Shown piece after piece: positions 22,225 to 33,500 of a stretch of 64,000 bases of DNA. A model generated the notes under the pieces. That model worked only from the letters and a program-made list of their open reading frames with translations. It did no database searches and was not told the DNA's origin. Position numbers and translations under genes: made by a program. Positions within the stretch are counted from its first letter, which is position 1, and every line of letters begins with the position of its first letter. Source of the stretch: Euglena gracilis. Its lineage: Eukaryota. Where the stretch lies: the NCBI GenBank assembly GCA_039621445.1, contig CP154954.1, positions 40,913,572-40,977,571 of the forward strand. Reading direction: 5' to 3'.

Positions 22225-24329
22225 CCCTATAGTCCCCACTCCCCCCGGTCAATGAGCACAACCCTGGTGGGGTCGGCCACTTAGGGTTTTTTGACCAACA
22301 TCCATTGGTTTTCGGCCATTTTTTTTGCCATTTCTGGCCAGGTCCAAATTGACTGGCCAGGGCAGGAAGTGGGTGACTGGTTTTTTTTGAAAAGTCACTG
22401 ACTGGTTTTTTGAATGTGGGAAGTGATCCCCCCCCCCCGTAAAGCCTATTTAGGACCGTTTTGACATGGTGACCTGGGCGGACCTGGTCAGGCAATTGCT
22501 TAAGCACTGGCCGACCCCCCCCCCCCCCGGGGGGGGTGGGTGACTGGTTTTTTCAGAGTGACTGACTGGTTTTTGGCCCGGACCCCCCCCCCCGGGGGTC
22601 GGCCAGGGTTGGGCAAAAGTGGCTTGAGTGACCCCGGCGCCGAAGGCGCAGGAAAATTTTTTTTGGCCTAAAATTTTTTTTGGCCTTCTGAGCGGCCGAC
22701 CCCCCAGGAGGGGTCGTATGGGGTGCTATAGGGTGCCTGCCCCACATGGCCAGATGGCAGGGTGCCTACCCCCCCCCCCGTGGGGTAGAGCACAGCCTGG
22801 ACCCCACCCCCCTCCAGGGAGAGCCAAAAACCAGTCACTCACTCCGAAAAAACCAGTCAGTCACCCCGGGGGGGGGGGCGTCCATGGATGGCAGGCAATG
22901 GTGAGGTACAGAGGGTCAAGGGCAGTTTCCCAGGAGGACCATTTCCGAAGGGAGGGGTGGGGACAAAATCCCAATGACCAAACCCCTCTCCGGAAACTGT
23001 CTCCAGACAAATCAGCGAGAAGAGTTGGGACAGTTTCCCGGGTGGGTCAGGGTCAGAGAGGAGGCTGCATCTGTTGGAGGAGGGCGACGTCGGGCGAGGG
23101 TGTCGGGGTCGTCGCTGTTGGATGTGGCGGTGCTGTGGGTTGACTCACAGGCAGGCCAGTTTCCAGTGCAAGCACACAATTGCCCCCCCCCGGGAAACTG
23201 TCTCCAGACGAATCAGCGAGCACAGAGGAGGTCCCCATGAGGACAGGTCAGCAGGTGGAGAGAAGACAGTTTCAGGTCTGGTTCAGAGGAAAAAGTTTAC
23301 GGGTAACAAAAAAAATACGGGAAGCAATTTTTTCACAAGACTTGCCACCAGAGCCTGAAAAAAAAAATCGGAATTCTTTGACTCTGGAAATTGCCTCTCT
23401 TAAGACAAAAAATTCAATAATTTTGAAAAAAAATTGAGGAGACAGGTCACTGGATACAAAAGCAGTAGGCAGGCCCCCTTATGTGCGGGTGTAGAGGACG
23501 GTTTCTGGGGATGACAGTTTCCTGGAAGGGGGGGTAGGCAGCGCCCTAACCCCCTTGTCCATCGATTGGGTTCCTACAACCCCCAACCAGGGGGGTGGTC
23601 ATGCGCGCACCCCCAACCTGCAACCCCGAACCAAGGGGGTGGTCGGTTTACAGGGGTGGTTGGTGGACGGAGGGGGGGGCCAGAATGTCAAATGAGAGGA
23701 TGGCCATAAAAAAAAACAAAAAATAAATTGAACAAATGTAAATAAAAATGGAAAAATTTAAAAAAAAGTCATGTTCTTGAATGGTTTTTTGAGAGAGATG
23801 GACAAAAGCACACGGAGAAGAAAAATTTTGGTTCTGGCAAAGGGGCCACGGACCCCCTTCATCCCAAAAGGGAATCCAAATGAGGGGGGAGGGGTGACCT
23901 CTGACGAGATCACCCCTTTTGTCAGTGGGAAATAACCTGGTGGGCGCAGGGACTTTCGTATGAGGGGCTTCAAAAGTCCATAAAAATCGCTTTTTAAGAC
24001 CATTTCTTCAACAACTTGACAAAAAACCACACGATGAAAACGGAAGCTCTCCGGTGCAAAATGCTGGGGAAGAATAAGTTTTGGCTTCAGGGGGCGGTCC
24101 AGGACCCCCCTCCAAAACCAGCGTCCATTTCATTCCCAACCCATCCGCAAAATCAATGCTCACTTGGAACCCTGGAGATGTGCCAGAAGCAAAACAAAAA
24201 AAAACTTTGCATACAATCCCTTCACTCTTGTGAGGGTTCCAACCCCAGCAACCTCCCTCTCCCAAAACTGCATAGCCTAAGCAGAACAAAAAAAACAGGC
24301 CTCGGTGGAACCGGGGACGGGGGGGGCGT

Positions 24330-24650
24330 GGGTGGTGGCAGTCGGAGGCGCGTTGACAAACAGATGGTGCGTGGTGGCAGTGGAAGGTGTGCAAGGCGGT
24401 GGCAGTCGAAGGCGTGCAAGGCGTCGACAAACGGATGGTGGGTGGTGGCAGTCGAAGGCGTGCAAGACGGTGGCAGTCGAAGTCGTGCAAGACGGTGGCA
24501 GTCGAAGACGTGCAAGGCGTCGACATACGGATGGTGGGTGGTGGCAGCCGGAGGCGTGCAAGACGGTGGCAGTCGAAGGCGTGCAAGGCGGTGGCAGTCG
24601 AAGACGTGCAAGGCGTCGACATACGGATGGTGGGTGGTGGCAGCGGGAGG
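24330..24650. repeat. Minisatellite of about 25-bp units (CGGTGGCAGTCGAAGGCGTGCAAG) with higher-order structure
   Basis: Directly visible. Confidence 0.9.
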
Positions 24651-26860
24651 CGTTGTTGGAACAAAGGCGTTGATCATCATCCAGCTCGCGCCAATCAGAC
24701 TGGCCAGCAGGTGCACAGGTGCGCGAGGGGCCAGCACCACTTGGTGCCCATGGCCCTGGTGGGGGTGGTTCGGGTGGGTGAGGGCTGGGGTCTCCCCAAT
24801 GGGGCTGGTTGGCTGTGATGTGATGCACCCCAACTCATGTCGGTTGCACCCCCCCTCCGGTCCAGAGGGGAGGGGGTCGACCCCCCGCTGAACTATGCCG
24901 GGGTCGGGGCTTTTTTTTAAGACCCCCCAGGGGGGCCCACCAGCCTGGCGGGGGGGGGGGGTCCCCCCAAAAAATCGGGCTTTGTGAGACAATTGCCCAA
25001 GGATTTTCGGCGCCTCGCGCCAAAACCCATGCCCGGGTCTCTGCTGACTTGTAAAACGGTCCAGGCCAGTTTTGGGTGCGGCACAAAGCACTGGGCCGAA
25101 TACTTTTGCCCCCGCCCACCAAAACGGCCAAAATGCCATTTTGCGCACCAGGGGGGAAATTTGGCCCAAAAAATGCCAAAAATTTGGCACAAAGCGTTGG
25201 AAGGAAAAACTTGACTATTATGGGGGGGGTCCCGGGGATTATTTTTTGCCAGGCAGTGAAAAGCCCTCAAATCTGGGTTAGATTTGCTCCTTTGCTGGGA
25301 TGGGTCTTGATCCCCCTTGGGGCGAGGGGTGCCATTGCATCACAGTCAGCCTGAGGCACGGCCAGGCCAGAATGGGAAACATGAGGATTGGGGAGGTTGG
25401 CATCTCCCACCCATCCCTTGCCCACCAACGAGCTTGGAGGGGTTCCTCTTTTTGGGGGGTCAATCTTGCTCAAAAATTTTCCCAGAAAAATTGGCACTTT
25501 GGGTCAACCTTCCAGTGGTGCTGATTTGCCCCTCCCCCCCCCCCTCGGTCCGTCCGGACCCCCCAGCCACCCGCCACCAACCTTTGGGGAAAAAACTGCT
25601 GTGAGAGACCACTCCATTGGGATTGATTTTTGGAGTCAAAAAATTTTCGTACCAAAAATGGAGGGGGAAAATGGGGTACTCGCTCCGTTTGACCCTTGCA
25701 AACCACGAAAAGAATCCATGAAGCCCTCCCAACCAAAGCGTTCAGGCCATTTCCATTTTGGCCTGAGCACAGGGGGGGGGAGGTGGCTGGGCAATCCATC
25801 ATCGAGGGATGAGTTTGCTTCGGTTGCGGATACAGCGAGGAAAAAAAAGCCAGACCCTCCCCAGATTCCTAGAACCTTTGTTTGTTGGGAAATCTCAAAC
25901 CCAATGTCGCCACTGGGTGTTCAAGGTGCCATTTTATTTGTTTGCATCTTTTGTGCGATTTTTCATGGGTCTGACAGCTGTTCTCCCAAAGAAACGCTGA
26001 CCAATTCTCTTCTTTTTTTTTTGTACCAAACTCGGTGAAAAAAATCCAGATTTGAGAGATCAAAAAAGCACAAACCAAAAAATCCAGACAAAAAACTCAA
26101 CCCTCCAAGGAATGCCCAGCCAGGGTTTCAACCCTCCCTCTGGGGGTTTGCCATCTCCCCCCATTCTGCTTCCCTCCAGGGAATTCCTTGAGCGTCCCCC
26201 CCCCCCTGGAGGGGATCAGCTGAAGGAATTCCCTGCCCCAGGCCCATGGGCACCGGGTGCCAGCCCTGGGCGTGGGCTTGGGCTTGCGTCAAGGATTGTA
26301 AAGAAACCACATTTCGACCCAATAATGTTTCATACATACACATCCATGCACACATCTTTGTGCAAACAGGTATCCGGATAAAACGGCAGGAATCAAAAAC
26401 GGCGCTATAACTTTCAGGGAAAAATTCCAAGTTTGGAAAATTTGATGATGGAAATGTTCGACGTTCTACGGATGGGATGGCAAGGGACCGATTACAAGTT
26501 AAAAGCAGCCCCCCCCTCCCCCCCCACCGCCCCAACTCTTCTCAGCATTCCCCCCTCAAATCGACAACCCTGGGCCATCCCTTTCCAATCGTTGACCATT
26601 CAAAACGACATTGCTCCATTTGAAATGAAACCCCATCCTGGGCAAACAAAGATGGGTCACAGTATCATGTGGTGCAAACATGCACAAACAATGCACACAC
26701 AGACACCATTGGACCCCCCCAAATAATGCCCCCGGGCATTATTTTTTTCGCTCAAAGTCCCAGCCCCAGGGGGGGGGGGTATAATTGGGGGGTGAAAAGC
26801 ACCCAAAATTTTTTTGAAATTTTTCGGTCCCGTGGGACCCAAAATAGCACCTGAAACCCC

Positions 26861-27236
26861 CAGGGTTTGATATAAGGACAGGTGGGGGGGGTGGTCCGGA
26901 CCCCCCCTGCGGGCCAGGAGGGGGGGGGGGTGGGGGGGACATCCCCCGCCCACCTAAACAGTGGCGCGGTCAGGGTGACCGAAAATTTTTGACCCCCAAA
27001 ACGACCAAAAGTGCCATTTTGGGCACTTTTTGGGCAAAAAGATGCCAAAAATGCAAAAAATTTCGGCGCAAAGCACGGAGGAAAAAATTGACCCTTTTGG
27101 GGGGGTCCCGTATACCCCCCGAGGGTCTGTCCGGACCCCCCTGGCAGGTGGGGGGGGGTGGTCCGGACGCCCCCTGCGGGCCGGGGGGGGGGGGACCCCA
27201 CCTAAACCATGTACGCCCTCCTTATATCAAACCCTG
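26861..27236. mobile_element. MITE of the 13727 family nested in another repeat (about 26714-27500)
   Basis: TIR CAGGGTTTGATATAAGGA. The homologous host repeat at about 43045-43390 shows the empty site. Confidence 0.9.
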
Positions 27237-27557
27237 AACCCCCCTTTGGGGTCATTTTTTTTTGTACTTTCTCATGAAATTTAGCATTTTTGGAGGCCAG
27301 ATGATCCAGAAAAATCGATTTTTTTTGTAATTCGTTCTCAGAGATTGTGATTTATGCCAACGTTCTCAGGTCAAAATCCGGGCCGTCGGCCCGAAATTAA
27401 GGGGGGTATTAACTCGGTCGCCGAAGTTGGACCATGAGGAGGGGGGGGGGGTAGTAGTTGGGGGGCATCATTTGAGGGGGGGGTATTATTTGGGGGTTTA
27501 CCATCCTTGGGCATGTCGCGTTGGCGATGTTCTCTCTCGCGGTCTTCTTCATGTCGT

Positions 27558-30500
27558 TCACTGCAGCTTGTGCTTCAGCTTCTTCCACGCCCGGCGTAGG
27601 GCGTTTGGTCATGTGCAGGGCACAGCACTGGGCTGTGCTGCACAGAGGTGGGGCATTTGAGAAAGCCCCCCCCATCCCAAGAAAACGCGCCTGTCTGATT
27701 TGAGAACATACCCCCACCAAACAATCAATTAAACGACAGACTGAAAGTGCTTCAAGAAAGAACACAAATTCTGAACAGAAATTTCATATTTTTTTGAGCT
27801 TCTTCCCCCCCCCCCAACCTCGTATTTGTTGCATCTCATGACATTTTTGTTCGCATTGCAAAATCGTGGTTTGGAGATTTTTTCAACAAACTGAAAAAAA
27901 GAGACCAAAAGAAGCACAAAGCGCCGGGGAAGGGATTTTTCTGGGTTTCTGGGTTTCCCCAGACCCCTGTTCAAAACTAACACTCACTTCTTGCCATGGG
28001 GGTCCTGGTTTGCCAGGGCACAGGTGTCTGGGCAACAGGGCAACCCATAAATCTGCCCACCAATTTTCCTTGAAAAAAACCCACAATTGACCAATGTGGC
28101 TTAACAGAATGAGATTCTCCTCAGAAAACAACAAAATAAACAAAAAGGACGAAACAAACGTGCGCAACGATAAGTTTCATGTCACTCCAGGATTGCTGGA
28201 TGCCCACTCATGCTGGCTTTTTAGAACCTGGGGCTGTCCAGACCAACCCACCCTCCCCTGGGGCATGGGGGGGGTCCGGGGGGACCGATTTGGGGGAAGT
28301 CAATTTTGGGGTCAAAAGAAAAAAATCGCACCGAAAATAGAAGGAAACCCCGCCTCTGGCGGGACACCCACTCAGCTGCTGGGGAGGAGGTTCAACCGCC
28401 CCCCCCCCCCCAACCACAAAACTCTGAACTCATGAACCTCGGGCACTGAACCCTGGCTTGCCCATGGCTTGCACTGCAGCATTGGCTGGCGGCGCAGCGG
28501 GCTCCACCAGCGGCGGCGCTCCAGGCTGCGCCGGCGGTGCGGCAGGCGGTGCGGCGGCAAGCCATTGCCCTTGATGGGACGGATGGGGTGGCCTGGGTGT
28601 CCCATCCCCCCAGCTTTTGTTAAACACAAAGATTGAATTCCTTCGAAACCACCCCTGCGCGGAAGGAGGGTCCACCGGAGGGTTCTGCCGGGAAGTGCAG
28701 GAAAGGGTGCCAAGGGGGGTTTGAGGGGGTTAAGCAACGGCCTGCACGGCAGGGGGGTTGCCGAACCCGATGGCTTCGAAAAACCAGGCGACCATGCCAG
28801 GCGGTGGGGGCGGCTGCCGGTCCCGCCAAACCTGTAGGGGGCTGCGGGTGTTGATGAAGGGGGCAGGGACTTGGCGGCAGGCTTTTTCCCTTTGAAACTG
28901 ACATGTGCCTTGTGCCTCGGGGGGGGGGGTCAGAGTGCGGCCACCTCCGCCTCCGGGGGTGGGGGGAGCACTGAACATGGCTTTTGGGCAGGCTTCTTGG
29001 TGCCAGGCAAAAAGTATCTGGGCACTCGACCCATGTACATTCAGCTCCAGGGCCGTTTTCAGGCAAATTTTAGCCAACGGCCAGGCAGCCACCAGCCCGC
29101 CCAGGCACACCTGGCGCAAAGGCAGCACTGCACAAAAAAAAACCTCGACGAAAGAAAATTCTGACTGAAAGATCGGCGCCCCGGAAATACGACAAGGCTT
29201 GTGAGGTGCGGACTCCACCCTGCCCAGGATGGGGGTAAGGGTGGTCAGGGATCCCCTTCCCTTTCTCTTTGAGGATTCTTTTCAGCCTTGTCCTGCCCGG
29301 GGTGGTGTCGGAAACCATTAGAACACTTTGGGGAGGAGGGAGAGTCATGGCACACCCTGACCAGGGTTTTTTTTAAGGCCGGGGGGGGACCACCCACCCA
29401 CCCACCCCCCCCCCCCGGAATTCCCTGAAAATGGCCAAAAATCGCGAAAAATGCCAAAATAGCACCCTTTTCAAAAATTTTCACTGCCGAAAGGTACAAC
29501 TCACCAGCCCTTGGGGGGACCCCCGGGGGGGTTGTTCGGTGGGACACCCACCCTCCCCGCCCTCCCCGCTCACCCCCCCCAGGGGTCCACGACTAAAAAA
29601 AAACCTCTGACCCCCCTAAAGAAGGGACAAAAAAGAAAAAAATGAGGGGAAAAAAAAAGGAAGCCTGGGTGCAGGACCAGGGCATGTAGGCCCAGGTCCC
29701 CCAGGCCGCCCGCGGCGATGGCGACCAGGTGGGCCAGCCGCACGCCGTAGTAGGCGGCGTTGTGCCGCCACGCCCAGTCTCACTGGCGGGGGGTGGGGGG
29801 GGCAGGGAGGGGGCCACACTCCAGCTTCTTTCTACCAACCCCCAGGGCGGTGCCTTGTGCTATGGAGTGCCTGCCCACAACAGGCACTCGGGGGGGGGGG
29901 GGGTTCGGCCCCTGGTGCTTTCCGACCCAGCCTTTTTTTGCAAATGGCCATTTTCAGGCCCCCCAGCACCGGATATGCTGTAGCACCACCCCCAGGTGGG
30001 GATACCAAAACACCTGGAGGGGGAGAGGGGCGGAGTGCGGTGTCACTTTCCTCAATGAGAAGCCTGGTTACGCTTTCAAATGCAAAGCAAATCAAAACCC
30101 ATTTCCAGCTGGGGGGGTATTGAGGCAGGGCGTGGCCCACCGTAGCCGTTGCCTTCGACGAGGGGGCGGAGGCGGGCAGCGGTAGCGTGGACGAGGGCGG
30201 CGGCGGCTAGCGGCGGGGGCCCCTTTGCCAAGAGGGGGGGGAGGGCGATGCCTTTTTGTTTCAAAAGATGCTGAGAGTCTCGGAAATTGTGAGGAAATGA
30301 AATGACCTGAGAGTTGGAAAGCCCCCCCCTTCCGTTTCCACTCTCACCTGAGAATTGAACGTTCCTTTGAAAATTGACGATCACTCAATTGGCAGGTAGG
30401 TGACCGCCCCCCCCCCCAAAGCATACATCAAAACCAAATGAAAATTATTCTGGCTGCCTCTGTAACATATCCAATATCCCATATGTCCCATATATGACAA

Positions 30501-33500
30501 AATCGATGGACAGACAGCGTAAACTTAAATGGACAGGTGCAAAACATATCTGAATCATGTCCAAAAGGGGAGTGGGCCAAGAGGGAATGGGTCAGGTGAG
30601 TGGCTTTTGGGGGGATCCCAGCCCCCCCCCCCCCCGGGTCGGTTCGGACACTCCGGTCCATGGGGGGGACGATCCCCCCCCTCTCGCTGAACAATTCGTG
30701 AAATCGAACCCTGGTTGAGAGACAATTTGACCAACTACACCCAGGGCAAAAGGCACCCCGACCGCGCTGCATGGGTAGCGGCGGGGCACCCACAGCAGCC
30801 GTGGGCGGACGTGGTCCACCCACAGCCAGCCGTAGATGCCGGCCACCGCTGCCCATGCCAACGCGTTGGCCAGGCTGCTGTCGATGGGCGAGATCTGCGG
30901 CAGGGGCAGCGCAGATCCTTGGTGGAGCGTGGATCCTTGGTCCTCAGGGGGGTCCCCCCACCCACCCACCCGCCCCTGGGGGGGGGGGGGGTCCCGCGGG
31001 ACCCCGTCAATTTTCCCCGAAAATGGCCAAAATCGCGAAAAATGCTAAAAATAGCACTTTCTCAAAAAATTTAGGCGCCGTTGTCGCTGAAAAGTAAATA
31101 CCACCCCCTCAGGGAGGGGGGGGGCGGGCGGGCGGACCCACCAACCCTAACCCCCCCCAAGGCCCCAAGACGCTTCCCCCACCCACCCAAGACTAAACGG
31201 GGCCAAACATGGGTCCGTTAGGGATCGGAACCAATCTGTCAGGGAGGACAAACACCGCGGAGAAGATTTGCCGCTTTGCCCCGAGAAATGTGTTTGGGGT
31301 CGCCACATGTTCACCAACCAGGGTCGGGGGGTTCTTTTGTGAGAAAATCCTCATCGCTCGCCCAGTTGGGGGGGGGGTGCATTCCTGAAGGGAAACCTGC
31401 CTGGTCACCCCCCGACCCAACCATGCGCCGCCCTGCGTGTCCAGCCCGCGGCGCCGATGGCGGTGACGAGGGGGACGACCCACCACCAGCAGCCGCGGAA
31501 CTGTGAGACAGGGGGGAAGGGGAATTCAAAGGCACTTTGGGATAATCCCCTGGCTGACAGTGAAAATGCCGGAAAGAAGCGAAAAACGCCTGGAAATCTG
31601 ACCAAGAGTTTTTTTTTTACAAGGCGGGGGTGCCCTGCAGGGGGGGTGCCATGCATTCCACCCAAGGGGAAGAGGAGGTCCGGGGGGGGGGGGGCGCATT
31701 TTGGAGGGCCAAAACAAACACATCCCAAGTCACAAAAAGTCAAACAATTTTTCAGTCCTTCATGCTTAAAATGGAGGAAAAGTCTGCTCCCAACCTTTCC
31801 AAGGTCCAACGATAAAAATCACTCACTTTTTAAAATTTGAAAATCATCATCAAATAATCACCCCCCGTTTTCATAAAAACACTCAAGCAGGCCACACACC
31901 GAACAGGTCGGCGGCCTGTAATGGCGGGCGGCGTTCTGGGCAGCTTCTCGTGCGGCTACGGCAGGTGCCCACTGTGAAGGGAAAGGGGATTGGAGCCATT
32001 TAAAATAAGAATCATTGGCAGGTGCATCTGGAGTTGAATGCTTCCACAAACCCCAAAGATAACCAAAGCTCAAGCGAGAATTATCAGGGGACGGCATCGG
32101 AATTGGAAGAAGAATTCTAAATTTTGCAGAAAAAAATTGCCAGAAAAAAAAATTGAACTATTACACCTAGCGCCTAAAGTTTTTGCCATGCCTGGCAAAA
32201 TATTGCCCCAGTGTGACAGAATTTTACTCAAGCCAGCACAAATTTTTGCCCTGTGCCCCAAACGTATTTGCACTTGTTCAGAAAAAATTCGCACTCCGTC
32301 ATATTATCGTTACTACCCGCCCCCCCCCCCCCCAGGGTTCGATATAAGGAGAGGAGGGGGGGGGGGTGGTCCGGACCCCCCCCCTGCGGGCCAGGAGGGG
32401 GGTGGGGGGGGCACCCCCCCACCTAAACAGTGGCGCGGTCAGGGTGACCGAAAATTTTTGACCCCCAAAACGACCAAAAGGGCCATTTGGGGCACTTTTT
32501 GGGCAAACATTGGTCAAAAATGCAAAAAAAAATTTTCGGCGCAAAGCGCCGGAGGAAAAAATTGACCCTTTTGGGGGGGGGTCAATTTTCACCCCCCAGG
32601 GTCGGTCCGGACCCCCCTTGCAGGTGGGGGGGGGGGTGGTTCAGACCCCCCCTGCGGGCCAGGAGGGGGGGGGGACACCCCCCCAACTAAACCATGTACG
32701 CGCTCCTTATATCGAACCCTGGCCCCCCCTTGTCGTACGACCGGGTTCCTGCAACTGATCGGGGGGAGGGGTCGTCACACCCCCATAACTTGCAACCTGT
32801 GACCAGGGGGTGGTCACAAATGAGGGGGGGTTGTAGGTAAGGTGGGGTTAAATTTTTCGAAACCTGCAACCTGTGACCGGGGGGGGGGTCGTAACACCCC
32901 CATGACCTGCAACCTGTGACCGGGGGGGGGTGGGGTGGCTGTACGACAAGGGGGGGGGGGGCGGGTAAATGAAAAAAGTCGCATTGCACCAATGGAAAAA
33001 GATGCATTACGGCTGGAGTTTCGAAGGGTGACTGCAAAACGTGCGAAAATTTCTGAAAAAATGTGCAAATATGCAAATTGTGCAAATGTTTTTTTGGCAT
33101 AATGTGCAGATACTTTTGAGATAAAATGCAAACAAATCCCCCCACTGCCCCAGGACCCAAACTTAAAAAACCCTTGGTCAGCATCCAGTCGCCCCCAGGG
33201 TTGGGTGGGCCTCCACGGGGGGGGGGGTTGCAACCCACTGTGGGGGGGGGTTAATATGGAAGCCTGGATATTTTTTGGCACTTTGCGCAAGCAAGGGAGC
33301 AAGCGAACGCCACTTTTAGCAACTCATCGCCACCCCCCCCACCGCATGGTGGAGGGGCACAGCCACCCCCCATGCACCAACCAGGGGTTTTTTTTAAGAC
33401 TGGGGGGGGAGTGGGGGTCCCCACCCACCCACCCCCTGGGGGGGGGGTCCGGGGGACCCACAAAAAAATGGCCGAAAATCGAGAAAAGTGCCAAAAATAC

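Noticed and set aside
21131-22507. 334-aa and 169-aa ORFs
   Set aside because: Translations of MITE-internal TTTTCCGCA repeats.
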